A stretch of 64,000 nucleotides of DNA from Octopus sinensis (Eukaryota). The first letter of the stretch is position 1. Each line of letters opens with the position of its first letter. The notes beneath the pieces were generated by a model, which saw only the letters and a list, made by a program, of their open reading frames with translations, did no database searches and was not told the origin of the DNA. The stretch lies in contig NC_043004.1 in assembly GCF_006345805.1 (NCBI RefSeq), positions 90,706,001 through 90,770,000 on the forward strand. The letters run 5' to 3'. Positions 1 through 13,600 of this stretch are shown piece after piece. A program made the translations under genes and the position numbers.

Positions 1-15
1 ATATATATATATATA

Positions 16-181
16 TACGACAGGCTTTTTTCAGTTTCTGTCTACCAAATCCACCCACAAGGCTTTGGTCGGCCCGAGGTTATAGCAGGAGACACTTGCC
101 CAAGATGCCACGCAGTGGGACTGAACCTGGAACCATGTGGTTGATTAGCAAGCTACTTACCACACAGCCACTCCTGCGCCT
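16..181 (-). mobile_element. tRNA-derived CORE-type SINE ('family A'), head
   Basis: Reverse complement has A-box-like tggctgtgtgg, B-box-like ggttcagtccc and a CORE-like cttgggcaagtgtc. Confidence 0.75.
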
Positions 182-245
182 GTACATAAATACAAAACTG
201 TGGACTAAAGATTAAAAGAATATTTGTTTATTGTTCCTTTTGCAG

Positions 246-377
246 TTTGTCCTGAATATTGGTTTGGAATTGGATGCAAATATGAGTGTCACTGTAAAAA
301 AAATGACAAGTGTGATATAAATGGTATCTGTAAGTCTGGTTGTGCTGCTGGCTGGACTGGGAACAACTGCCAAAATA
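246..377 (+). CDS. Exon: EGF-like repeat (8 Cys), phase 1-1
   Basis: ttttgcag|...|gtaagt; (V)[43 protein letters not shown]; 132 nt. Confidence 0.9.
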
Positions 378-853
378 GTAAGTGGTACTTTCATTATATT
401 ATCTTTGTATCTTTTATTTATTTCTGTAATTTGACTGCAGCCATGCTGGGGCACTGCCTTGAAAGAAATTAGTGTTTTCAAAGCCTAGTACTTATTCTAT
501 CGGCCTCTTTTGCCAAACTACTAAGTTATGGGGATGTAAACACACCAGGTTGTCCAGCAGTTGTGGGGAACAAATATAGACACAAAGACACACAAATACA
601 TACATGTATACATGCACATAAATGCAGAACAAGGTGGAAAAAAATAGTACTCAAATACCTAAGGTAGAGTAATATGCTTTTATTAAAGCTGCAAAATCTT
701 TACAAAACTATTACTCAGTTTCACATTTCCATTCAGACCTTGGTTGGCCCAAGGCTATTGTAGAAGACACTTGTCCAAGGTGCCACACAGTGGGACTGAA
801 CCTGGAACTATGTGACTGGGAAATAAGCTTCTTATCACACAGCCATGCCTGTG

Positions 854-909
<56 letters not shown>

Positions 910-3900
910 CATGCACATACATGCAGGCCAAATTTGAGGGCAACTGGTAAGGGGCAGTGGAGGAGTGCTAAATTTAGTAACCTAGTGAATGTACAATATT
1001 TTATGCTTGTCACAGTTGTGGAAAGTGCTGGTGTTGTTGACATTCCTTCTTGATTCTCTATGCTTTCAAGAACTCTGGAATTAAAAAAAAATTCTCTTAC
1101 TAGAAAACAGGTAAAGGTTGGCAACAGAAAGAGCATTTGGTCATAAAAGCTTGCCTCAAATAAAAACTTGCCTCTCCTTCTTTAAACCCCATGTGAGTAT
1201 GGAGAAATAGACATCAAATGAATGAACATATTGTTTGTTCTCCTAATGCAGTGATTAGTTTGTGGTTATATACTGAGTCAGCATCTTTAAGTGTACAGTT
1301 GATTGTGTACACACATATTTACTTTATCAATCCTGGAATGATGGAAGACAGACAACTTTGGCAAAGAATGAGGCTCCAATAGTCAAGCTTGACCATGTGT
1401 CTGCACCTGTATGTATATGCAGAAGACTGGCAGTAGCCTGTACATGCAAGACTGCTTTCTTTATGCTATCAATGCTGTTCAAGGGAATGGCTGTTGCCTT
1501 ATGGCCAATACAGTTTGGCACCAGTGTCATTGTAGGCAATGCCATCAAAATGCTCATACTCAGAACAGTGTCACATACTCAGAACTAGTGGTGTTGTAGG
1601 CAATGCCATCAAAATGTACATACTCAAAACAATTACTGCAAGCTATCTTACCTGATGGCTTTAACAGTTCTATAAATCCACTACTCTTATATTGATACAT
1701 TTTTATTGATCCCAAAAGGATGAAAAGCAAAATTGACTGCAGTGGAATTTGAACTCTGAGTGCTCAGAGTTGGATCACATGTCTCAACCTAGTCTGTCTA
1801 GCACTTAAAAGACACTGCCAATTTATTGCCTTCAACCTCAGAAAGATTTGAACTAAACATACATCCATGCCTTTTTTATACTCTCATACATATATACTTT
1901 TATTTCCTTTAGTAGTTTCAGTCATTGGTCTGCAACCATGCTGCAGCTCTGCCTGCTAAGATAAAGTTGATTATATTGACTTGGGCAAGATTTGAACTTA
2001 GAAGGCAAAGGGTCAGCAGGGCCAACAGTTCTTGAAGAGTCCGCAGTTTTCGAGGGGGTAGTCAATTACATTGACCCCAGTACTTGACTGACACTTATTT
2101 TATCGACCTTGAAAAGGCAGCATTTGAGCTCAGAATGCAAAGACAGGCGGAATGCTGCTGGGAATTTCATCTGGTGTGCTAGCAGTTCTGCCAGCTCACC
2201 ACCTTCAAAGGGTTACTAATAATAAGAAATAATAATAACAGTACAAAACAAAGTACTAACCTTATCCATGGCACACTTAACTGCACTTGGATTTGCTCTA
2301 AAGGCGTATGGTAAAAATGACATTACTAAACCAATAGTGAGGTTTTCATTGGCCTTCTCTACCAGCCCATCCAAAAATACTGTAGTGTCTATGTTGGCAT
2401 GGCATCTATAGCTGGATACCCTTCCTAACAGCAATCACTTTACTGTGTGAACTGGGAGCTTTTTCATGCAACCAACACACGTGTGGTCACCACACAACTT
2501 GCAAGACTACAAACCTCAAGAGAAGCAGTTTTATGCTAGATGAGAGGGTTAAAGTATGAGAGAAGGAACCAAAGCAGAAGAGGTTTCTTGTAAGGGAGCT
2601 ACATGACTAGTCATACTTTAGAAGAGAGAGTTGGAGTGATCAAATGGAGCTGGAAAGAGATAAAAAAAATTCATGGTGATGAGGTGTGTGGATGAACCTT
2701 CAAGGTGTGAGATAAGTAAAAGTGAGTGGGGATAGAGATCCCCCATAATGTAAGTGGGTGGAGATTGGAGGAGAGTATAAGGTTGTGAAAGATGGGGAAT
2801 TAGTGAGGGGAACAAAGGTAGGTGACAACTGTAAAGATTGGGTAGGGTTGAAGGGTGCCTGTAGTGAATGGTTGGGGATGACCAATGCTATGTGATTGGG
2901 AAAGGTAGATGATTGATAGGGCAGAAAAAATAGCAGTAACAATACCAAACAAAAAAAATAACATATGCTTATACACATTGATAAATGAATGCAATTACAT
3001 GTATTGCTGATTCTATTTCTGCTGAATTGTGTATTTCTATTTTTGCAGGATGTAAGAGTGGAACATATGGAGACAGCTGTCGCAACAAGTGTGGCAACTG
3101 TAAAAATAACAGTTGCAACCCAGAAACTGGTGTATGTGAACAACATTGTATAGCAGGTTTCACAGGAAATTATTGTATTACAGGTAAGTAAGAATGTGAC
3201 TCACTAAAGAAATATTTACTTGTTTGCATGCATGGTATGTGTACACACAGGTGGCTGTGTGTGTTATCATCATCATTCGATGTCTGTCTTATGTGTTGGT
3301 ATGGCTTAGATGGTTTGACAGGATCTAATGTGAGCTGCATTGACTCTGTCTGTTTTGGCATAGTTTCTATGGCTGGATGCCTTTCCTAACACCAACTGCT
3401 ATACAGGATATACTGGTTGCTTTTTTTCATGACACCAACACTAGTGAGGTCACCATTAGTGACCCATAAGACAAAGTAGCTTACAAAATAAAGGCCCTCT
3501 ACTGAGTGGGGATGTAGGTTAGGTTAGGTTAGGTTAATTTTTTGGCTCAAAAAGCAAAAAGCAAGGCCATGTAGGGGGGACATGGAGTTATGTACAGAGA
3601 GGGCGTTCATGCAAAGAGTTCAGGCCATTTCTGGTCAAGAGAGACTTTGAACCAAGTGGTCGTCGGCATCCTTACTATCTCGTCCGGCAGCTTATTCCAT
3701 GGATCCGCAACCCGGACGTAGAAAGCCCCTCTCCTTCGATTGAGATGAAATCGTCGCAGATAGAGCTTTTCAGAGTGACCCCGCTGCCGACGCTCTGGAG
3801 CAGGAGTGAAGAACAGCTCTTTCGAGAGGTTACACTTTCCGCTTATGATGTAGTAGAGAGGGAAGTGGCATTATGCCAGTGTATGGGGGAAGTACTGGGT

Positions 3901-4614
3901 GTAGTGGATAGTGCAGAATTTGGGAAGCTGAACACAGCATGAGGGATTAGAGAAGAGTAAGCTGGGATTTTTCTGAGTGGCAGTTGCTCAAGACCAATTC
4001 ACTTTGAGGAAGAAAAACCATTATAATAGCTTTATATAAACAGTCCAACATTAACTGAAAGATGACTCCACCCATGAATTTTTTTACAAGGAAAATGTTG
4101 ACAGTTGCTGCTAAATTTTATGTGGCTGGCTTCATCAGATTGTAAACATTTTCAGTCTTATGAGTTACTTATATTCTTGAGTTTAATTTGTGGGTGGAAG
4201 CCTAGTGAGTGCAATGTTGGTACTGTTTAATAGCAGTGATTTTGTTTTATGAATAAAAGAAGGAGGAATTGAGAAGTATTAAAAAAACCACTTAATGTAG
4301 TATGCTTAAGCATGACTTTTGTGCATAATCCTATGTACTGTACATGCACCTTTGATGAGTTGTAGTGCACCTGAGCACTATACACTATAATTGTATTATT
4401 ATTCATCATCATCATCATCATTTAGCGTCCGTTTTCCATACTAGCATGGGTTGGACGGTTCAATTGGGGTCTGTGAAGCCGGAAGGCCGCATCAGGCCCA
4501 GTCAGATCTGGCAGTGTTTCTACGGCTGGATGCCCTTCCTAACGCCAACCACTCAGTGAGTGTAGTGGGTGCTTTTTACGTGCCACCCGCACAGGTGCCA
4601 GATGGAGCTGGCAA

Positions 4615-4645
<31 letters not shown>

Positions 4646-7600
4646 AATAATAATAATATATATATATATATATATATGTGGCCTACCATCTGAATGTGGC
4701 CGTAGCCAGCGCCGCCCTGACTGGCTTCCGTGCCGGTGGCACGCAAAAAGCACCATCCAACCGTGGCCGTTGCCAGCTTCGTCTTGTCTCCGTTCCAGTA
4801 GCACGTAAAAAGCACCCACTACACTCAAGGAGTGGTTGGCGTTAGGAAGGGCATCCAGCTGTAGAAACACTGCCAGATCAGACTTGGCCTGGTGCAGCCT
4901 TCTGGCTTCCCAGACCCCAGTTGAACCATCCAACCCATGCTAGCCTGGAAAACGGATGCTAAACGACGATGATGATGATGATGATATACACACACACACA
5001 TATGCATTCATGCACATACATGTTTGCATGTACCTTCTCAGTTTCATCTATCTTATTAACACCAGTTCTAATTTTAAAAGTTAGAATTTAATATGTTGTA
5101 TAATTCTGAAATACATGATGAGTACAAAATTAGCTGTAATATTCATTTCATTTTTTATTTTTTTAAACACTACAAAAGTTCATTATTTACATTATTTCCA
5201 TTTGACGGATATTTGTCCTCATTTTGTTTGTTGTTGACACAACTACAAAAGTTATTTGGGACAGCAAAGGTCTCAGGGAGAAAAACTGGCTGAAGATCAC
5301 ACTGTTTTATAATTATGTATGTGCTATTTGTTGTTCTGCAATGTGTGTGTGTGTCAACAAGAAGCCCAGTTGGGGGATAACAATTTCTTTACATATGACC
5401 GAGATGTTGTGTAGTGGTGGCAACAATAGTGATGCTTTTTAGATTTGACAGGTAATTGTTGTGGTAGTGGCAATAGGCTGACAGCCAAGTATTGTGTCAG
5501 TTGATGTGCCGCTCTTGAATGTTAGGTAGTAACTAGCTAACTGACTTTTGTCTATTTTTATAATAGTTGTTAGGTAAGTGAGTCATGACTACAAAGGTCA
5601 AGTTGACATATTCAGTTAGATAACTGAAACCAGGTAAAAAGAAAAAAAAAGAAAAAGTTGGGGTTGCTAACCCATAGAAAATACAATTAAAGCAAGTTAG
5701 TAACAGTGTCAAGATTTATGGTCTGAGAATCAACTCGGGGCTAAATTTCCTATTATACTACTTCCCCACAGAGTGTTGGTTGTAAAACAAATAATAGTAG
5801 GCTTAGCAGTATATCGAAAAGTTGGTGTGATGTAAGGCCAGTGTATATATTTTTTGTACGTGGAGTGAGGATCTGAAAACTGTTTGAACTCATATCATTA
5901 AATTGTGTGTATTTTTAAGTCAATTTTGCTGTGAAGTGCATTTATCATCATCATTTAACGTCCGTTTTCCATGCTAGCACGGGTTGGACGGTTCGACCGG
6001 GGTCTGGGAAGCCTGAAGGCTGCACCAGGCTCCAGTCTGATCTGGCAGTGTTTCTACAGCTGGATGCCCTTCCTAACGCCAACCACTCCGCGAGTGTAGT
6101 GGGTGCTTTTTACGTGCCACCTGCACAGGTGCCAGGGGGGGGGGGGGGTCTGGCATCGGCCACGATCGGTTGGTGCTTTTAACGTGCCACCGGCACGGAA
6201 GCCAGCCAAGGCGTTATACAAGTAAATATGTGGATCTGAATATAAGAAACGTAGAAAGTCAAGTCAGCTTTGTCATGCACTTTCTAAGAAAAACTGATAT
6301 TGTTATTCTGTAGTTAAATTCCTGGCAATATGGGTATGTTGCTAGATTCCTGTGAAGGAAGTGGAAGGCCAAGTGGTTTTGGCAACATGATCATATATAA
6401 TTACTGTGTGTAAAGTATTGATGGATAGGTGGTCTCAGTAGTTTGGTTGGGATAAGCAATGAAGCAAGTTGAATAGCAATGGATGTAAACTGTTTTTTTT
6501 TTTACAGATATGGAGCAAGTTGTTTTGGTGGTGTTCACCCTCCTCCTCGTTTAGCATCCGTTTTCCATGCTAGCATGGGTTGGATGGGTCAACCAGGGTC
6601 TGGGAAGCCAGGAGGCTGCACCAGGCTCCAGTCTGATCTGGCAGTATTTCTACAGCTAGATGCCTTTCCTAATGCCAAACACTCCATGAGTGTAGTGGGT
6701 GCTTTTTATGTGCCACCGGCACAGGGTTCAGAACAGGCTGGTAACGTCCACGTTAGGTTGGTGCTTTTTATGTTCTACCGGCATGGCTGCCAGTCAAGGC
6801 GGCACTGGCATTAACCACGTTCGGATGGTGTTTTTTACATGCCACCGACACAGGTATCACAACTACAATTTCCATTTGATTTTTATTTTGATGTTCCCTT
6901 CCAGACTCTAGGTCTGGAAGGGACTTTGCACCATCCATAGACTTGGTCTGTGACACTCAACAAGCTGTCCTGTAGGAATTTGCAGCTACCTTCTATGTCC
7001 GATGTTTGTAGCTCCTCCTCCCTCTCCTCAAATTCCTTGATGAGGATGTCTCTAAATCTCTGACCATGTGAAGGGTTCTTTAGCTTCCAAATCCTTCTTT
7101 TTGGGATTGGTCTGCTTCTTGGTGTCCTGGTCTCGAGCTTAAAGTCACCAATGACTAATTGCAAATACTTAGATAAGAGCTTGTGGTCACCTACATTTAT
7201 TGTGGAAAATGACCTATAGCTATGCACTCTGGGTATCAACCACCTAGAAAGGTCAAAGGTATGCACTATCGCTCCTATCTCAGTTAAACTCTGTGTTTGT
7301 GATATGTGCATTCAGTAAACACAGTCATGGTTTTAATTGTTCAGAGCTATAGCTTCATTCCCTCTACTCTGAATTTCTTATTTCTTGTAAAATTGATCAG
7401 GTTGATATTTTCTAAAATTCATAACAAGAAAGTATCTTTAGCTTTGTTCTAAAGTAGTATGGGGATATAGTAATATAAGAGAAAATCTGGTTCTTTCGAT
7501 CAAAGATTTCAGTGCTTTGAGAATCATATATTGAAGTAGTCAGACTACATGTGTATATGTTTGTGTGTGCGTGTGTAAAAGTTGCTTACTGAAATCAATG

Positions 7601-10600
7601 CCATTTATTACTTGCAGTTTCCTGATACAAATAAATTCATGCAGTTTGTCAGGCTGCCAATAAAAATAATTACACTATGGTATTGAGTACTGTTTCTTTA
7701 GTTTATTACTATTGTTAACACACACACACATGTGTATATATATTGATTTATCATCATCATCATCCTCACCAGTTTAACATCCAATTTTCCATGCTTGCAT
7801 GGATCAAACAAAGTTTATTGTGCCAGATATTCTATGACCTGATGCCCTTCCTGTCATTAACTGTTACTTGTTTCCAAGAAAAGTAATATTTCCTCATAAC
7901 CAGAGATGTCTTCACAAAATGTTGGAAATGGATGACATTACTTGTCTGACAGTGACACCCATTTTTCAACTATCATAGGGCTCTTTCAGTTTCCATCTCC
8001 CAAATACACTCGCTAAAGTAAAAGACACTTACTCAAAGTTCCATGCTGTGGGACTGAACCTGAAACCATGTGGTTGGAAAGGAGACTTCTTAATCACCCA
8101 GCCATGCCAGCTCTCAGCCACACCTGCACCATATATTCAGATTTATATCAAGAATAAATCACTGGATGATGTGGATTTGACCATAAATGCTTTAGACTAA
8201 TCAGATGTCCCACAGAAATGCTGTGTGACTTCAAAACCAAGTTTTAGCCTTGAATACATAAATATATCACTGCTATTATGCAAAAGTGTCGTAAGTCTAA
8301 AATGTTGCTTTTTCAGAAAATGAAAAAAATAGTTTCTCCATTCCATAGCAAAGCCATTATACTATACTTTGAAAATTTTCATATCTTGGCATCTGAAGCA
8401 GCTGGAGATATAGTTTGACCAAAAGAACTGGCTATTACTCGCAAAAATAAATATTGAAAAAAAAAAGAAAGCGTATTTAGCCCAAATTTGGACATATGAC
8501 AGTTTAACATAATAGCAATGATATACACCCATATGTATTGAGTACACATTTTCTTTGTCTTTGTTTATAAATAGAAGTTCAGTTACCCACCCCTTGAACA
8601 TATATATCTTTGTATAATTCTTTTTTTTGATTTATTTATTATTTTTTTTATTTCAGAATGTCCAAATGGTCAATATGGCCGAAATTGTAACTTGAGATGT
8701 GGGAATTGTCGTTTAGATAATTCCTGCAACACAAGAACTGGCCACTGTAAATATGGGTGTCAACCAGGATTTATGGGTCCAACATGTAAAATAAGTATGT
8801 ATTAGGAACCTATGTGTGTGCATGTGTATTGAATTTTATTTCTGTTGTAGTATTATTGCTACAGCTGCTTAGGACAGTTCATTAAATTGATCTCAGTATA
8901 TGACTGGTACTTTTTTTATTTTATCAAATATACTTCTGTTCCAGTTGGCCTAGTCAAATGCAATGTATTCTTTGCTCCTTGACAAAATACATAACTCTGT
9001 ATTTTAAGGAAGATTATCTGCTTTTCAGTATTAGAAATGTCTTGTGTCTAAAATGATTTGAAATTCGAGCATGCCAAAATTTGAACCATCAGCTACTAGT
9101 TTGAAACTTTCTCCACTCAACCATCTGTGATTCTTGCCAATATTATTATTTGAATGTCTAACCCCTGTTCTGTTAAAGATTAACCATTTAGATTAACTTT
9201 TGTTACATTCCAAGCTACAACATTTGATATTACTGCCCCCAATTTTCCGGGCCTTCTTTCACTTATGTCCTTCAATTATGTCTCATATGGAAAAAAATTT
9301 CTTTGCTCCCCTTGCTGTGTCTACCAGAATACAAAGGGGGTGCCCAAAAATAACTTGAAACGTTCTCTTTAGGACAAGCCCATTGTAGTTCAGGCTTCCA
9401 CTGCTAGAAGCCACTTGGTGTGACCCTCAGGCATCAGTGTGCCAACCAGTGGCACCAAGTGAAGTTGTGGTGCGTCTTTGCTTTGCAGTGCTTCTCCCCA
9501 GATTGTCGATTTTTGCGATGGCTGAAATGAAGGCACAGCATGCTACTGTGAAATTCTGTTTTCTGCTAGGAAAAACTGGCTGAAACCGTTGTCATGCTTC
9601 AAACTGCCTACAAGGATGCTGCCATGAGGAAAACACTAGTTTATAAGTGGTTTTCATGCTTTAGGAATGGTCACTTGTCACTTGAAAACCAACTTCACTC
9701 AGAGTGACTGTCAACCACCCGAACAAATGAGAACATCATGAAAATTCATGAACTGATCTTTGGAGGCCTGTTCCTGAACAGTTGACAAACTTGTTGATAT
9801 GACTGGTGTATTCTCCCAATGAATTTTGAGCGAGGAATTGCAAATGAACAGGATTGCAGCAAAATTTGTGCCACGCTTGCTCATGAAAGATCAAAAGCAG
9901 TCATGGACTGAATGCTTGTCATGAACTGAAAGAACAGTTGGAAGTTGATCTGAACCTTTTTCTGAAGGTCATGACTGGTGATGAAAGCTGGTGCTATGGC
10001 TATGAGCCAGAAATAAAGCAGCAATCAAGTCAGTGGAAGCATTCAATGTCACTACAACCCCAAAATGCATGTCAAGTTTGTAATGGAACTGGTTAATTCT
10101 TTAATTTCCAGAATCTACCAGTCAGGAACAAGAATGCAACCTTAAAAATATATATAACTCTTTATTTTCTTATTTACAAAAGAAGTACGTTGGTATATTG
10201 GTATCCACTTGGTTCGATATAGCAAGGCTGAACTTTAACATTTGTAAGATTCTTACAACAAATTCAGCCGCAACAGAGCAGGTCAAATCCTAAGCGTCTG
10301 GGACAGGAGAATGGCTGATCACACGTTTAACACGTCCTCTCTCTTCAATAGCCGTGTCTCAAGTCAACGACGCTAACAAGGAACGCGATAGAATTTTCTT
10401 CCCCAGTCTTTTGCGCATGTGCATGAGGGAACTTCCTTAGGCCTCTCCAGAAGGTTCCAGCCCCACACATGCACACTGAAGAATGACGTTCTGCACACGC
10501 ACACTGAAGAATGACGTTGCGTGTTCGCACACTGGAAAATGATATCACTACAAGTTCAGTGTCAAGACAATGCTGATTTGTTTTATCAATGTGAAAGAAA

Positions 10601-13600
10601 CTTTCCACACAGAATTTGTTCCTCCTGGTCAAACTGCTAACCAGATGTTTTACTTGTCAGTTCTGAAGCATTTGGGAGACATAGTGAAATGAAAATGCCC
10701 TGACCTGTGGCAAAGTGGAGAATGGTGGTTTCATCACAACACTGCATCTGTGCACACCACCTTGGGTGTGTTATATTATTTGCCAAAAGTGGCATAACCT
10801 CACTTAACCACCCTCCCTATTCACCTGATCTTGCTTGCTGTGACTTTTTTTTGTTTCCCTGAATGAAAAAAGTCCTTAAAGGAAAACGTTTTCCAGATGT
10901 GGAAGAGGTGAAGAAAAGAAATGACAGAGGTATTAAAAGGCGTCACTTCACAAGAGTCTCAGGACTGCTTCAAACAGTGGAAAACACTTCTGGATCAAGA
11001 CATTGTTTCAAATGGAGAATACTAGCTTCATTTCTTTCAAGCCTACGCATGTCCTCAGAGTCACAGCCCATGTTTTACTGCCATGTAGCACGGCTGTTTG
11101 CATGCATGCGTCATACTGCCTCCTTTTCATTCTGAGCAAGAGGCCTGTTGTTACAAACAGAGGTAGGAGCTCTCTGAACTTTGCCCAAGCTATTTTTATT
11201 CTAGCAGCTACACTCTCAGTACATCCACCCCTGCAACTGACTTGGACACCTAGGTAACAGAAGCTATTAACTACTTCTAGTTTTTTCCCCTGGCATGTGA
11301 TGGAATCTAAGTGTTCATTGCCTCTATGCATCTGCCATACACAAAAACTATCTCCCTAGTTAACCTTCCATTGATATTGCTGCACCTCTTATGTGTCCAT
11401 AGTTTACACTGGGTACATCTTATAGAGTTTCTACCTATGCCTTTTCTACAAACCAAGCAGGGCTATCTACCTGAAGTGGTTTGTTGTTTATCTGCCTTCC
11501 TACTTACTATGACTTTAGTTTTTTGCTAGATTGACTCTAAAGCCCTTCGATTCTAGCCCTTGCTTCCACACCTGAAACTTCTCTAGTTCTGCTAGTGACT
11601 CAGCTATTAGAGCAAGGTCATCAGCATAGAGGTTCTCCCAGGAGCATCCTATCTTCAATTCTTCTGTTATTACCTGGAGGACTATGATGAAAAAGAGGGA
11701 GCTAAAGAGTGCTCCTTGGTGGATCCCTACTTCTACCCAGAATTCTTTACTATACTCGTTGCCAACCCATACCTTACTGAGAGCATCCCTGTACATGGCT
11801 TGTACAGCTCTCATTAATCACTCATCTATCTTTAGCTTCTGCATTGACCACCAGATAAGGGATTGGGGAACCCTGTCAGAGGCTTTCTCCATGTTAATGA
11901 CAGCCAAGTAGAGAGGTTTATCTTTGGCTAGGAATTTCTCCTGCAGCTGTCATACCAGAAATATAGCATCAGTGGTGATTCTCCCTGGCACAAACCCAAA
12001 TTGTATCTCATCTAAACTAACTCTCTCCCTAGTTAGTTGGGATATGACCCACTCTGACTTTCATCACCTGATCCAACAATTTGATACCTCTGTAATTATT
12101 CTTATCTAATGTGTCACCTTTATCTTTGTAGCAGTTGACTATGGTGCTGCTACACCAGTCATTGTGTATGACTCCTTCATGTATCACCTGGTTGACTATA
12201 TGGGCAACTTCATTATAGCCTACACTGCCGGATATTCTAAGCATCTTTGCAGTGATTCCTGATGGGCTGGGATCTTTCCCTGTCTTCATACCCTTAATTG
12301 CTTTATCTACCAAGTTACTGTCAATTTAGATAGCTGGTTTCTCTGTTGGGTCAACATTTGGCAGGCTCTCTTTTTCCCATTCATTCTCTTCATTTAGCAT
12401 CCTTTCATAGTGGCATCTCCAAGTCTCTCTCTTTGCAAGCATCATTAAATGCAAGTGAGCCATCGTCCATGTGGACACATTTCTTTTTTAGGACATCACA
12501 CTTCTCTTTCACATAGAAGAAAGGCTGAAGACACTCGACTTTTATTCTCTAGAAAAACGCCGCCGCCGTGGTGATCTCATTCTCGCTCACAACATTATAA
12601 GCGGAAAGTGTAACCTCTCGAAAGATCTGTTCTTCACTCCTGCTCCAGAATGTCGGCAGCGGGGTCACTCTGAAAAGCTCTATCTGCGACAATTTCATCT
12701 CAATCGAAGGAGAGGGGCTTTCTCTGTCCGGGTTGCGAATCCGTGGAATAAGCTGCCGGACGAGATAGTGAAGATGCCGACGACCGCTTGCTTCAAAGAC
12801 TCTCTTGACCAGAAATGACCTGAACTCTTTGCATGAACACCCTCCCTGTACATAACTCCATGTCCCCCTACATGGCCTTACTTTTTGCTTTTTGAGCCAA
12901 AAAATTAACTTAAGTTAACTTAACGTACTCTTGCAGAGAGAATCGTGATGTTATAGGAGAGAAATGTGTCCGTATCGATGATGGCTCACTTGCATTTAAT
13001 GATGCTGCAAAGAGAGAGACTTGGAGACGCCACTATGAAAGGTTGCTAAATGAAGAGAATGAATGAGGGAAAAAAGTGCCTAGCAATATTTATTCCAGTT
13101 CTTTTTGTCCTGATTTCAAATCCTGTTGAGGTCAACTTCACCTTTCAACATTTCAGGGTTGATAAAATAAAGAAGAATCTAGTCCTGGGGGTCAATGGTA
13201 TTGTATCTTAGCTGACTTGAAAAAGATGTCACCCAACTCTATCAATTGACACTTCCTTTTCTTTTCCATTCATTTAGCTGATGCATAAATACTTGTTATA
13301 AAATATCCAGCTTAGCTTATTTAAATTTTAAATCTTGGATATTTAGAATATCAAAATTATAGTTCTCATTCTAAGATAGTCAACTTATTAAAGTTTAAAA
13401 TGATTGATATTGTCTTTTGTCTCATTTTGTTTAATGCCTTTCATTTCAGAATGTGCCAATCCTCATTATGGACATAATTGTTCATATCCATGTGGTTACT
13501 GTTTGAAAGGTACAAGTTGTCACCATGCAAATGGAAAATGTCCTAATGGCTGTGAATCTGGCTATATGGGAGAGAACTGCAGAACAGGTAGCTTACAAGT

